In this document: positions 39,782 to 47,822 of the stretch, in pieces | Layout of the letters: each line of letters begins with the position of its first letter | How positions within the stretch are numbered: position 1 is the first letter of the stretch | DNA from: Gemmatimonadaceae bacterium | GTDB taxonomy: Bacteria > Gemmatimonadota > Gemmatimonadetes > Gemmatimonadales > Gemmatimonadaceae | DNA: 55,458 nt | Reading direction: 5' to 3' | Assembly: GCA_031419135.1 (NCBI GenBank) | Contig: JANOKE010000093.1 | Location: 1-55,458, forward strand | Translations under genes and position numbers: made by a program | Notes under the pieces: model-generated | The model's input: only the letters and a program-made list of their open reading frames with translations | Database searches by the model: none | What the model was told of the DNA's origin: nothing

Positions 39782-39809
39782 AATCTAGGAGGCTTACGGT
39801 TGAGGTCAA
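39782..39809 (-). promoter_or_regulatory. Sigma70-type promoter
   Basis: TTGACC (39809-39804), 16-nt spacer, TAGATT (39787-39782). Confidence 0.6.
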
Positions 39810-39823
39810 GCCCCGTGCTGAGA

Positions 39824-40699
39824 CTATTCTGCCAGGTGGAACCCTTTGCCGTCCAAGGCGACCCGCCCAAATCCGGTGTGGGCGTCATGCTCGAACAACA
39901 GTTGCCAGTCACTGGCCAGTGCTTCTCCCAGGAGTGCGCGTTTGGACTCCATTGTCACCAGCGGTTCGACGTCATATCCCATGATCCACGGCAGGGGCAA
40001 ATGGTGGGCCGTTGGCGCCACGTCGCCGAGGAAGCAGAGCGTCTCGCCCCCAGAACACAGCATGACGCTTTGGTGATGCGGCGTATGGCCTGGAGTCATG
40101 CGCACGCTGATGCCCGCGCGCACTTCCTGCGCCCCATCGATCAGATCGAATCGTCCGGCCGCGATGATGGGATCCCAATTGTGTGGAAAGTAGCTGGCCG
40201 ACGTACGCTCGTTTGGCTGCAATGCGTACTCATACTCGCCGCGCTGTACGACGTATCGGGCATTGGGAAACGTGGCGCGCAGTTCGCCGCCCTCGTTTCT
40301 CCACGTGTTGCCGCCCGCGTGATCAAAATGCAAATGGGTGTTAATCACCAGCGTGACGTCGTCGGGGGCGAATCCGGCCTGTGCCAGTCCGGCCTCCAGC
40401 GCCGTACGGCCTGACAAGGCGGCGTTCTCTACGCCGTAAATCTCGTGGAACTTCGCCGACTCCTTGTTGCCCGCGCCGGAGTCAATAAGCACCAACCCCT
40501 CGTCGTGCTCGATCAACAGACAGCGCATGCCCATGGGAATCTTGTTGTTCGCGTCTGGGCGCAGGCGACGTTCCCAAAGCGTCTTGGGGACCACACCAAA
40601 CATCGCCCCGCCATCGAGGTGAATGCCACCCGACTGAATGGCGTGAATGCGCCATCGACCAAGGGTTCGTGAATCGAGCAGGGGTTCCGGACAACTCAC
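39824..40699 (-). CDS. MBL-fold metallo-hydrolase (YtnP-like)
   Basis: LDGGAMFGVVPK.LW, THLHFDHAGG, GHTPHH and GYD; GTG 40699 overlaps the upstream stop (GTGA). Confidence 0.88.
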   Translation of the reverse strand: MSCPEPLLDSRTLGRWRIHAIQSGGIHLDGGAMFGVVPKTLWERRLRPDANNKIPMGMRCLLIEHDEGLVLIDSGAGNKESAKFHEIYGVENAALSGRTALEAGLAQAGFAPDDVTLVINTHLHFDHAGGNTWRNEGGELRATFPNARYVVQRGEYEYALQPNERTSASYFPHNWDPIIAAGRFDLIDGAQEVRAGISVRMTPGHTPHHQSVMLCSGGETLCFLGDVAPTAHHLPLPWIMGYDVEPLVTMESKRALLGEALASDWQLLFEHDAHTGFGRVALDGKGFHLAE

Positions 40700-41721
40700 G
40701 CGACGTGGTCCTCGACAACGGGATGCGGAAAGGCACGCCGACGGCGGTCGGCGGCAGAGCGTCGACGACGGCCCGCGGGCGACGCCAGCCGCGCGTCCAG
40801 CAGCGGCCATGAGGTCAGGCCTTCATCTTCCGCCACGCGCAACAGCCGCAGCAGCACGCGTGCCGTGGCTTCCGCATCGCCTGCTGCCCGATGTCGCGCA
40901 CGAATGTCAATTCCGAAATACTGCGTCACATGATCGAGCGAGCGTCGCCGCAGTTGCGGCAGCAGCACACGCGCCAGCCGAACGGTGCACAGCCGCGGAC
41001 CGGCCAGTCTCAGGCCACCGCGCGCCAATTCGTCACTGACGAAACGCCAGTCGAACGCCGCGTTGTGTGCCGTAAACACGTGTCCCGCCAATCGATCGGT
41101 CACCTGTGCAGCAACCTGACGAAAGGGCGGCTGATCCTTGACCATGGCCCACGTGATCTGCGTCAACGCGGTGATGTGCGCGGGAATCAGACGTTCAGGA
41201 TTGACCAGTTGCGAATAGAGCTCGACGATCTCGCCCGCCTGAACACGCGCAATCGCGATCTCGGTGACACGGTCGCCGCCGCTCGAACGCGTGCCCGTTG
41301 TCTCTACGTCAACCACGGCAAACGAAACCGCCGACAGTCCTCCAGACACCCCGGTGGGGTTGCTGGACACCGCGGCGGTCATGCGCGCGGTTGCTGTTGG
41401 CACAGATGAAAGACGGGAGACGGGGGAATGGAGACGGGAGTCGTCCGGTTGGCTGACCGTGGCCACTGTCGTCGGCGTTTTCAATGCCCAATGCCCCGAC
41501 GGCAACTGCACGAACTCATCGTGACTGGTCAGAAGTGCCAACGCCATGCGTTCGGCGGAATCTTGCTGAAGGCGGTCCACCTGGCATACATCGCGCATCA
41601 GGGTAAGAGCGTCCAGCGGCCCTGCCGCCAGGCGCTCCGCGGCACGGGCGGACAGCGTGGTCGGGCGTCGACTGATCACCGTACCGATCGGCCTGTTCTG
41701 CGAGGAGGATGAGACTGCCAT
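40696..41721 (-). CDS. DEDDh 3'-5' exonuclease (DnaQ-like) with N-terminal extension
   Basis: VVDVETTG, AHNAAFD and HRAAGDA. Confidence 0.9.
   Translation of the reverse strand: MAVSSSSQNRPIGTVISRRPTTLSARAAERLAAGPLDALTLMRDVCQVDRLQQDSAERMALALLTSHDEFVQLPSGHWALKTPTTVATVSQPDDSRLHSPVSRLSSVPTATARMTAAVSSNPTGVSGGLSAVSFAVVDVETTGTRSSGGDRVTEIAIARVQAGEIVELYSQLVNPERLIPAHITALTQITWAMVKDQPPFRQVAAQVTDRLAGHVFTAHNAAFDWRFVSDELARGGLRLAGPRLCTVRLARVLLPQLRRRSLDHVTQYFGIDIRARHRAAGDAEATARVLLRLLRVAEDEGLTSWPLLDARLASPAGRRRRSAADRRRRAFPHPVVEDHVA
41411..41443. repeat. Degenerate heptamer tandem repeat (AGACGGG)
   Basis: AGACGGG AGACGGG GGAATGG AGACGGG AGTCG, in 7-nt register. Confidence 0.8.
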
Positions 41722-41776
41722 GGCGGCAAGTTAGCGGAGGGGACCGACTAGTAAATCCGCGAGCTGCTGCCTACCT

Positions 41777-41794
41777 TTGTGAAGAATTTCACAA
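41777..41794. promoter_or_regulatory. Rex operator (ROP)
   Basis: Perfect TTGTGAA-GAAT-TTCACAA palindrome ending 9 nt before the rex start. Confidence 0.9.
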
Positions 41795-41803
41795 GCGCTG
41801 CCC

Positions 41804-42451
41804 GTGAAACGAATAGCCGACTCAACCGTTCGTCGCCTGTCGATGTATCTCCGGTATCTCGAGGAGCTCGACAGTGGCGGCCAAAATACCGCCTCCAGCG
41901 ATGCGCTGGCTCTCCTGTGCCACACGACGCCTGCGCAGGTTCGAAAGGACCTTTCGTTTTTCGGCTCGTTCGGCAAGCGGGGGCTCGGATATCCGGTGCA
42001 CGAGCTGATCGCGCGCTTGCGGGATATTCTTGGCCTTGAGCGGGAGTGGAAGATCGTGATCGTGGGTGCCGGAAAGATCGGCGCGGCCCTCGCCAACTAC
42101 GACGGCTTTCGGCATCGCGGCTTTCGGGTCCTTGGCGTGTATGACCATAGCGCCTCCAAGATTGGGCATTCGTGGGGCGAGGCATTGGTACGGGACATCG
42201 CTCGGCTGGAGGCCGATGTGCGCGCCGAAGACTCGGTGATCGCGGTGCTGGCGATTCCCGCCAACGATGCGCAGCACGTGGTCGACCGGATTGTCGCGTC
42301 GGGGATACGGGCGATTCTGAACTTTGCCCCCACGCACGTCATCGTTCCCTCCCACGTGTCGTTGAAGTCGGTGAACATGGCGATGGAGTTGGAAGGGTTG
42401 TCGTTTGCCCTCACCAACAGCCTCAGCGATCGGGCGGGGGGTCTGTCGTAA
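41804..42451 (+). CDS. rex: Redox-sensing transcriptional repressor Rex
   Basis: TVRRLSMY.R, QVRKDLSFFG.FGKRG.GY, GAGKIG.AL and ILNFAP. Confidence 0.96.
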   Translation: MKRIADSTVRRLSMYLRYLEELDSGGQNTASSDALALLCHTTPAQVRKDLSFFGSFGKRGLGYPVHELIARLRDILGLEREWKIVIVGAGKIGAALANYDGFRHRGFRVLGVYDHSASKIGHSWGEALVRDIARLEADVRAEDSVIAVLAIPANDAQHVVDRIVASGIRAILNFAPTHVIVPSHVSLKSVNMAMELEGLSFALTNSLSDRAGGLS

Positions 42452-43289
42452 AGCGGTCGATGGCGCGTACGAGACGCGCGAAGTCTTCTGCCGAGAGTCC
42501 TTCCGGGCGAATCGCCGATGACAATCCGCACGACGCGATCAACGCCGCCGACCGTTCGGGATCGAGTCGGGTGATGGTCCGCACCACGCGGATGAGTTGC
42601 TTGCGACGCAGTCCGAAGGCCGCTTGCACGAAGGCGCGAAATCGTGTCTCGAGTTCCGGTTCAACGGCCGCGTTGGCGCGTGGCGTAATACGGACGACGG
42701 CCGAGTCCACCGATGGCGCCGGTTGGAATGCGGCCGGCGCAACGCGACGCACCAACTCCACCTCGGCGACGGCCTGCACATTCACGCTCAGCGCGCCGTA
42801 AATCTTGTCGCCAGGCGGCGCGGCCAGACGATCGGCCACTTCCTTCTGCACCAGATACACGGCGACGTCGGGCCGCGGCGTCTCCAGCGCGTGAAAGATG
42901 ATGGGCGTCGTGATGTAGTACGGAACGTTGCCGACGAGCACAAACGGTCCGCCGGCCAATGACGCCAGGGAAACCGCAAGCACGTCGGCCTCGATGATCT
43001 CGACGTGCGGGTGACCGGCGTACCGCGCTCGCAGATGGGCCACCAGGTCGCGATCGACTTCCACGGCGAAGACGCGCGCCGCACGTTCAACGAGGCGATC
43101 GGTCAGGATTCCCCGACCGGGCCCGATCTCGATCACGGTGCGCTCCTTCAACGGACCCAGTGCGTTGACAATCGCGTCGAGCACCCGCGTGTCTTTCAAA
43201 AAGTGCTGCCCAAACCGCTTGCGTGGCGGAGGCAGCGGCGGCGCACTGAAGGCCGTTGAGGCCAGTGGACGATGGCGTCGCTGGCTCAC
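42423..43289 (-). CDS. rsmA: 16S rRNA m6(2)A dimethyltransferase
   Basis: KRFGQHFL, EIGPGRG, GNVPYYIT, QKEVA.R and P.VDSAV. Confidence 0.95.
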   Translation of the reverse strand: MSQRRHRPLASTAFSAPPLPPPRKRFGQHFLKDTRVLDAIVNALGPLKERTVIEIGPGRGILTDRLVERAARVFAVEVDRDLVAHLRARYAGHPHVEIIEADVLAVSLASLAGGPFVLVGNVPYYITTPIIFHALETPRPDVAVYLVQKEVADRLAAPPGDKIYGALSVNVQAVAEVELVRRVAPAAFQPAPSVDSAVVRITPRANAAVEPELETRFRAFVQAAFGLRRKQLIRVVRTITRLDPERSAALIASCGLSSAIRPEGLSAEDFARLVRAIDRFTTDPPPDR

Positions 43290-44941
43290 GCCGTTCGATC
43301 CACAATCACGGCCGCCAGATCATCGCGCAACGGCGTGCCGCGGACATGACCGTCCACCAGACTCACCAGTTGCCCCAGGATGTCCTCCGGTGTCTCTCCG
43401 CTTTGCATGGTCGCCAGCAGGTCCAGTATCTTGCGTTCGCCCAAACGCGCATCGCGCGCATCGAGCGCATCGGGCAGGCCATCGGTGAATAACACCACGC
43501 GATCACCGGGTCGCCACGCCATCACGCACTCTTCAATCGACGCGTCACTGAAACCAATCGGCGGTGCAATCGCCGCGAGTCGCGTGCAATCGCCGTCGCG
43601 GCCCACACGGAAGGCATGTGGATGTCCGGCATTCGCGAAACGGAGCTCGCCCACCCGGCTGTCAATCACCACATAGCACAGCGTCAACGACATATCAGTC
43701 GACGCCAATTCGTCGGCCAACGATCGCTGCACGGCTTCGACGGCAATTGACGGATCGAATGCCGCCTGCACGTGAATCGCCGCCGCGCTCAGCGCGAGCG
43801 CCATGACCAAAGCGGCCTGATATCCATGCCCCGCCACGTCGCCAATCAGTACACCCGTGCGGTCACGGTCGAGTCGGGCCAGCAAAAAGAAATCCCCGCC
43901 AACACTCTCCGCGGGCACGACGCGCGCGGCAGCGCGCGCTTCGGGCGCCACCACACTCGTGCGCGGCAACAGTTTGAGTTGAAGATCGTGCGCCAACCGC
44001 ATCTCCCGTTCCAGTTGCTGTCGTTCGACTGCCGCACGAACCAGCGTGGCGTTGTGCATGGCCGTGCCGATCTGTGTCCCGATCGCGGTTGCCAGCTTGC
44101 GGTCGCCGACAGTGAATGACGATCCGGCGCGAGGGCTGCCAAGTACGAGCACACCAAGGGGCACGGCGCCGATTCGCTCCATGAGCGCGACATTCGGACG
44201 CCGCGCCGTGATGACCGGATGGGGTCCGGTGATGCCGATTCCGGTGCTTGGACGCGTAATGGCCACCGCCAGCAGGGCCTGGCCGTCGGCGCCCAGCACG
44301 GGATCCGCGTCGCGTGCGGCGACGCCCTCCTCAGTACAGGCCGTGGCGCGACGAAACGCGCGCGCCGCGATGTGTGTGGTCGAGTCGAGCGCGACCACCG
44401 GGTATGCGGCGTCGTCCAGTCCCAGTGCGGCGATGGACGTGAGCATTGTTTGGGCGCGATTGGTGCGCAAGAAAACGGCGCGCGTCGCGCCAATCGTCGT
44501 GGCCAGTTCACGCAGCAGCGTGTCCGCGACGCTCTCCACCGATGTGGTCCCGCCCAACAGCTCACTGATCGTGTACAGGAGATTGATCTCTTCGGCACGC
44601 CCCGCAAGTTCGCGCGCACTGCCATCCCGTTCATGGGCGAGCCGCAGCACGAACGGAATGAGTCGCGCCAGCAACCTGTCGGCCTCTTCCGACGCGCCTG
44701 GCTCGACGATCAGCCACCCGACGCTGACGCCCGTGTTCGCAAGATATGCCGCCATCCCCTGCGATCGCGCCCACAGGGCGACATCCCATGCCACCGGCCC
44801 CGCGGCGGTTTGCCATCCAAACGCCGTGGACGATGCGCCGAGCAATGTTGGCTCGCTGGTGCCGTCGCGTCGTTCCCACAAGGCGGCCTCTCGCCCGGTG
44901 GTCTCGCGGAACGCGGCCACCAGCGCGGCGACCTCGCTCAT
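43286..44941 (-). CDS. GAF + PP2C (SpoIIE/RsbU-type) protein phosphatase
   Basis: GAF-like central region; GGDFF, GDVAGHG, NAGH, FTDGL and DDL. Confidence 0.88.
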   Translation of the reverse strand: MSEVAALVAAFRETTGREAALWERRDGTSEPTLLGASSTAFGWQTAAGPVAWDVALWARSQGMAAYLANTGVSVGWLIVEPGASEEADRLLARLIPFVLRLAHERDGSARELAGRAEEINLLYTISELLGGTTSVESVADTLLRELATTIGATRAVFLRTNRAQTMLTSIAALGLDDAAYPVVALDSTTHIAARAFRRATACTEEGVAARDADPVLGADGQALLAVAITRPSTGIGITGPHPVITARRPNVALMERIGAVPLGVLVLGSPRAGSSFTVGDRKLATAIGTQIGTAMHNATLVRAAVERQQLEREMRLAHDLQLKLLPRTSVVAPEARAAARVVPAESVGGDFFLLARLDRDRTGVLIGDVAGHGYQAALVMALALSAAAIHVQAAFDPSIAVEAVQRSLADELASTDMSLTLCYVVIDSRVGELRFANAGHPHAFRVGRDGDCTRLAAIAPPIGFSDASIEECVMAWRPGDRVVLFTDGLPDALDARDARLGERKILDLLATMQSGETPEDILGQLVSLVDGHVRGTPLRDDLAAVIVDRTA

Positions 44942-45402
44942 GTGCGATGCAACGTGAGTCGAAGCATATGTCCACGCTGTGCGTCGGGCATTCGGCTTTC
45001 CACCTGATCCATCAGTGACCGCATGAGAAAAAGCCCCCGTCCATCCTCACGATCCAGCCAGTCCGACTCGTCCGGCGTGCGCGGCGCGGCAGAGATATCA
45101 AATCCAGCGCCCTCATCGGTCACCTCGACGATCAATCGCGCCACGTCGAGGAGAACCGTCACCTGTACGCATCGCGAAGCATCGCACGCGTTGCCGCGCA
45201 GCATCGCGTTGGACAACGCCTCGGTGACCGCCACCGGGATATTCAGTCGACAGTGCCGCGGAGAAAATCCTGCGGTGACACAGAGCGCCTGGATGGTGTC
45301 GACAATCGGCGTGATCGCCTGCACGTCCGACGCGATCGTCCACTCGCGGCGCTCGGTCGGCACGGGCACGCGTGCCGGGCGACGAGGGGAACGCGCCGCC
45401 AT
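44938..45402 (-). CDS. Anti-sigma factor / Ser kinase (RsbW-like)
   Basis: EALSNA, VTDEGAGFD and GRGLFLMRSLMD; start uncertain. Confidence 0.85.
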   Translation of the reverse strand: MAARSPRRPARVPVPTERREWTIASDVQAITPIVDTIQALCVTAGFSPRHCRLNIPVAVTEALSNAMLRGNACDASRCVQVTVLLDVARLIVEVTDEGAGFDISAAPRTPDESDWLDREDGRGLFLMRSLMDQVESRMPDAQRGHMLRLTLHRT

Positions 45403-45406
45403 CACC

Positions 45407-45739
45407 TCAGGCGCCGGCGATCGCGTCGTCGCGCGACGCGTACAACGGGAAGAGCGCGTCAAGCCGCGTCAGTTCGAACAACGTTCGCAGATCATCGTTC
45501 AGCGCCGCGAGCCGCAAGTCACCACCCAATTCCCGGAGCCGCTTGCCAAGGGACACCAACGCGCCCAGTCCCGAACTGTCGATGTACGCCGCGCGCGAAA
45601 AATCGATGATCACCAGGCGCACCCCCTGCTCCACCTCGTCGAGGACGGCTTGCTTGAATGCCTGTCGGTTGCCGACCACCAGTTGACCGTCGACGTTCAC
45701 CAGCAGTCGATCGTCGGTGCGCGAGAGAAGGAAGTTCAT
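45407..45739 (-). CDS. STAS anti-sigma factor antagonist (RsbV-like)
   Basis: IDFS...YIDSSGLGAL phosphoacceptor motif and LTRL. Confidence 0.9.
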   Translation of the reverse strand: MNFLLSRTDDRLLVNVDGQLVVGNRQAFKQAVLDEVEQGVRLVIIDFSRAAYIDSSGLGALVSLGKRLRELGGDLRLAALNDDLRTLFELTRLDALFPLYASRDDAIAGA

Positions 45740-45761
45740 GGGACCCTGATGAATCGGAGCG

Positions 45762-46793
45762 TCATGCGACCAAGGGTGAGGGTGCCGGGTGAGCCGCCTG
45801 CAAGGCCGTGATCGCGGCCACATGCACAATGTCATCGGCGGTAGCCCCCCGGGACAAGTCGCTGCACGGTCGGGCCAGCCCTTGGAGGATCGGCCCGACC
45901 GCCACCGCACCGGCCAATCGCTGGACCAGCTTGTAGCTGATGTTGCCGGCGTCGAGCGACGGAAACACCAAGACGTTGGCGCGACCGGCCGCCGCCTCGG
46001 CGGGTGCCTTTCGACCGGCGATCTCCGGTATCAGCGCCGCATCGCCCTGCAGCTCTCCAGAGACCACGAGCCATGGCGCTTCGCGATGAATCAGCGCCAA
46101 CGCATCACGCACTCTGCTGACCGACGGGCCGTCGGCGCTGCCGAGCGTACTGTACGACAACAGGGCGACTCTTGGCTCGTCTCCCACGATACGACGACGG
46201 TCAATCGCCGCCGCCATGGCGATGTCCGCCAACTGACGCGCCGTGGGATCGGGAACCACGGCGCAGTCGGTAAACGTCAGCACCTCATCACCGTCACCGC
46301 GAAACGCCGGCACGACCATATAGAACGACGAAGAGACGGTGCGGACGCCGCTCGCGGCGCCGACGGTCCACAGCGCCGCGCGCAGCACCTCGGCGGTGGT
46401 ATGCGCGACACCGGCCACGCAGCCATCGGCGTGACCGAGGGCTACCAGTCCGTCAGCGAAGTACAGTGGATCCTGGGCGAGCAATTCCGCATCGGCGCCG
46501 CTCAGACCCTTCGCACCACGACGTACCAACAGATGCGCCACAACCTCACGACGGCGCGGATCGGTCATTGGATCAATCATGGTGGCTCCGCGTGCGGGAA
46601 CGGGGCCGGTCCCGGAGTCAGAGCGCCGCACCAGCACGGCGTTCACGGTGCCTCGCCTGGTGAGCGCGATGACGGCTCGCACCGTGCGGATATCTGTCGC
46701 TTCCGGGAAAAGAATCGTGCGCCTCGACGCGGCCGCGCGTCGATGCACATCGTCCAGGAATACCGTGGTGGCGGGGTGCGACACCGGCGTCAA
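45762..46793 (-). CDS. pta: Phosphate acetyltransferase (short form)
   Basis: [26 protein letters not shown] and DLSRG. Confidence 0.9.
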   Translation of the reverse strand: MTPVSHPATTVFLDDVHRRAAASRRTILFPEATDIRTVRAVIALTRRGTVNAVLVRRSDSGTGPVPARGATMIDPMTDPRRREVVAHLLVRRGAKGLSGADAELLAQDPLYFADGLVALGHADGCVAGVAHTTAEVLRAALWTVGAASGVRTVSSSFYMVVPAFRGDGDEVLTFTDCAVVPDPTARQLADIAMAAAIDRRRIVGDEPRVALLSYSTLGSADGPSVSRVRDALALIHREAPWLVVSGELQGDAALIPEIAGRKAPAEAAAGRANVLVFPSLDAGNISYKLVQRLAGAVAVGPILQGLARPCSDLSRGATADDIVHVAAITALQAAHPAPSPLVA

Positions 46794-47296
46794 CGCGCAA
46801 AGCGTTCGTGCAGCGCGCGTTCGACACGCGGATGCACCAATTGCGACACGTTGCCGCCAAAGCGGGCCACCTCACGCACGATACTCGAACTGATGTACGT
46901 GGTGTCGAGCGAAGGTGCCATGAACACCGTTTCGAGCGTCGGAAACAGGTGTCGGTTCATCAGCGCCATTTGAAATTCGTACTCGAAGTCGCTGACCGCC
47001 CGCAGACCGCGCACATTGACACTCGCGCCAACCTCGCGCGCAAAGTCCACCAACAATCCGTTGAAGGCGCGCACCTCAATGCGGGGATCGTTGCCGGTGA
47101 CATCGCGAAGGAACGCGACACGCTCCTCCACCGGAAACAAGGGTTCTTTGGTAAGGTTGGTGGTCACGCCAACGACCAGCCAATCCGTGAACGCGAACGT
47201 GCGTTGAATCAGATCTTCGTGTCCGTGGGTGACGGGGTCGAATGATCCCGCATAGAGAGCGATGCGCGAACCACGGGCTGGAGGCATACCTGTCAT
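46790..47296 (-). CDS. coaD: Pantetheine-phosphate adenylyltransferase
   Basis: [21 protein letters not shown] and ISSS.VRE. Confidence 0.97.
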   Translation of the reverse strand: MTGMPPARGSRIALYAGSFDPVTHGHEDLIQRTFAFTDWLVVGVTTNLTKEPLFPVEERVAFLRDVTGNDPRIEVRAFNGLLVDFAREVGASVNVRGLRAVSDFEYEFQMALMNRHLFPTLETVFMAPSLDTTYISSSIVREVARFGGNVSQLVHPRVERALHERFAR

Positions 47297-47817
47297 GGGT
47301 TGGCGTCACGGTAAAAGGTGAGCGCGGTCGACCCATACCGGCGGGTCTGCCCGGGTGCCGGAAGCGACAACGATGCCGGATGTTCAATGCCGAATACGGC
47401 CGCGAACGGCACGTCAAGCCAGCACTGCACGAGTTGCATCGCCGTATCGGTTGCATACGGTGGATCCGCAAACGCCACGTCGTAGGCCAGTGGCGCAAGA
47501 CGCCGGGCGAACGCCACGGCATCCTCGCGGTGCATCACAGCGCCGTCGTGTCCACCCAGCTGCTCGAGATTTGCCTGCATTGCCGCGAGCGACGCGGGCG
47601 AATTCTCGACGAAGTCACACGAGGCGGCACCACGCGATAGCGCTTCCAAACCCAAGGCGCCACTGCCCGCGCAGAGATCGAGCACGCGCGCTTCGGGCAA
47701 GACTCCGTGCACGATGCTCATCCATGACTCGCGCACACGATCGCCCGTGGGGCGCATGCGATCACCCGCAGGTGCCTGAATCGTTCGTCCCCGCCACCGT
47801 CCGGCCACGATGCGCAC
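47293..47817 (-). CDS. rsmD: 16S rRNA m2G966 methyltransferase
   Basis: MRIVAG, RPT.DRVRE, GSGALGLEALSRGA and DPPY. Confidence 0.93.
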   Translation of the reverse strand: MRIVAGRWRGRTIQAPAGDRMRPTGDRVRESWMSIVHGVLPEARVLDLCAGSGALGLEALSRGAASCDFVENSPASLAAMQANLEQLGGHDGAVMHREDAVAFARRLAPLAYDVAFADPPYATDTAMQLVQCWLDVPFAAVFGIEHPASLSLPAPGQTRRYGSTALTFYRDANP

Positions 47818-47822
47818 CGCGC

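Noticed and set aside
42423-42451. Convergent 3' overlaps (rex/rsmA 29 nt; mscL/BCCP 22 nt; hypothetical/recN 25 nt)
   Set aside because: Short convergent overlaps are common in compact GC-rich genomes; no sign of special function
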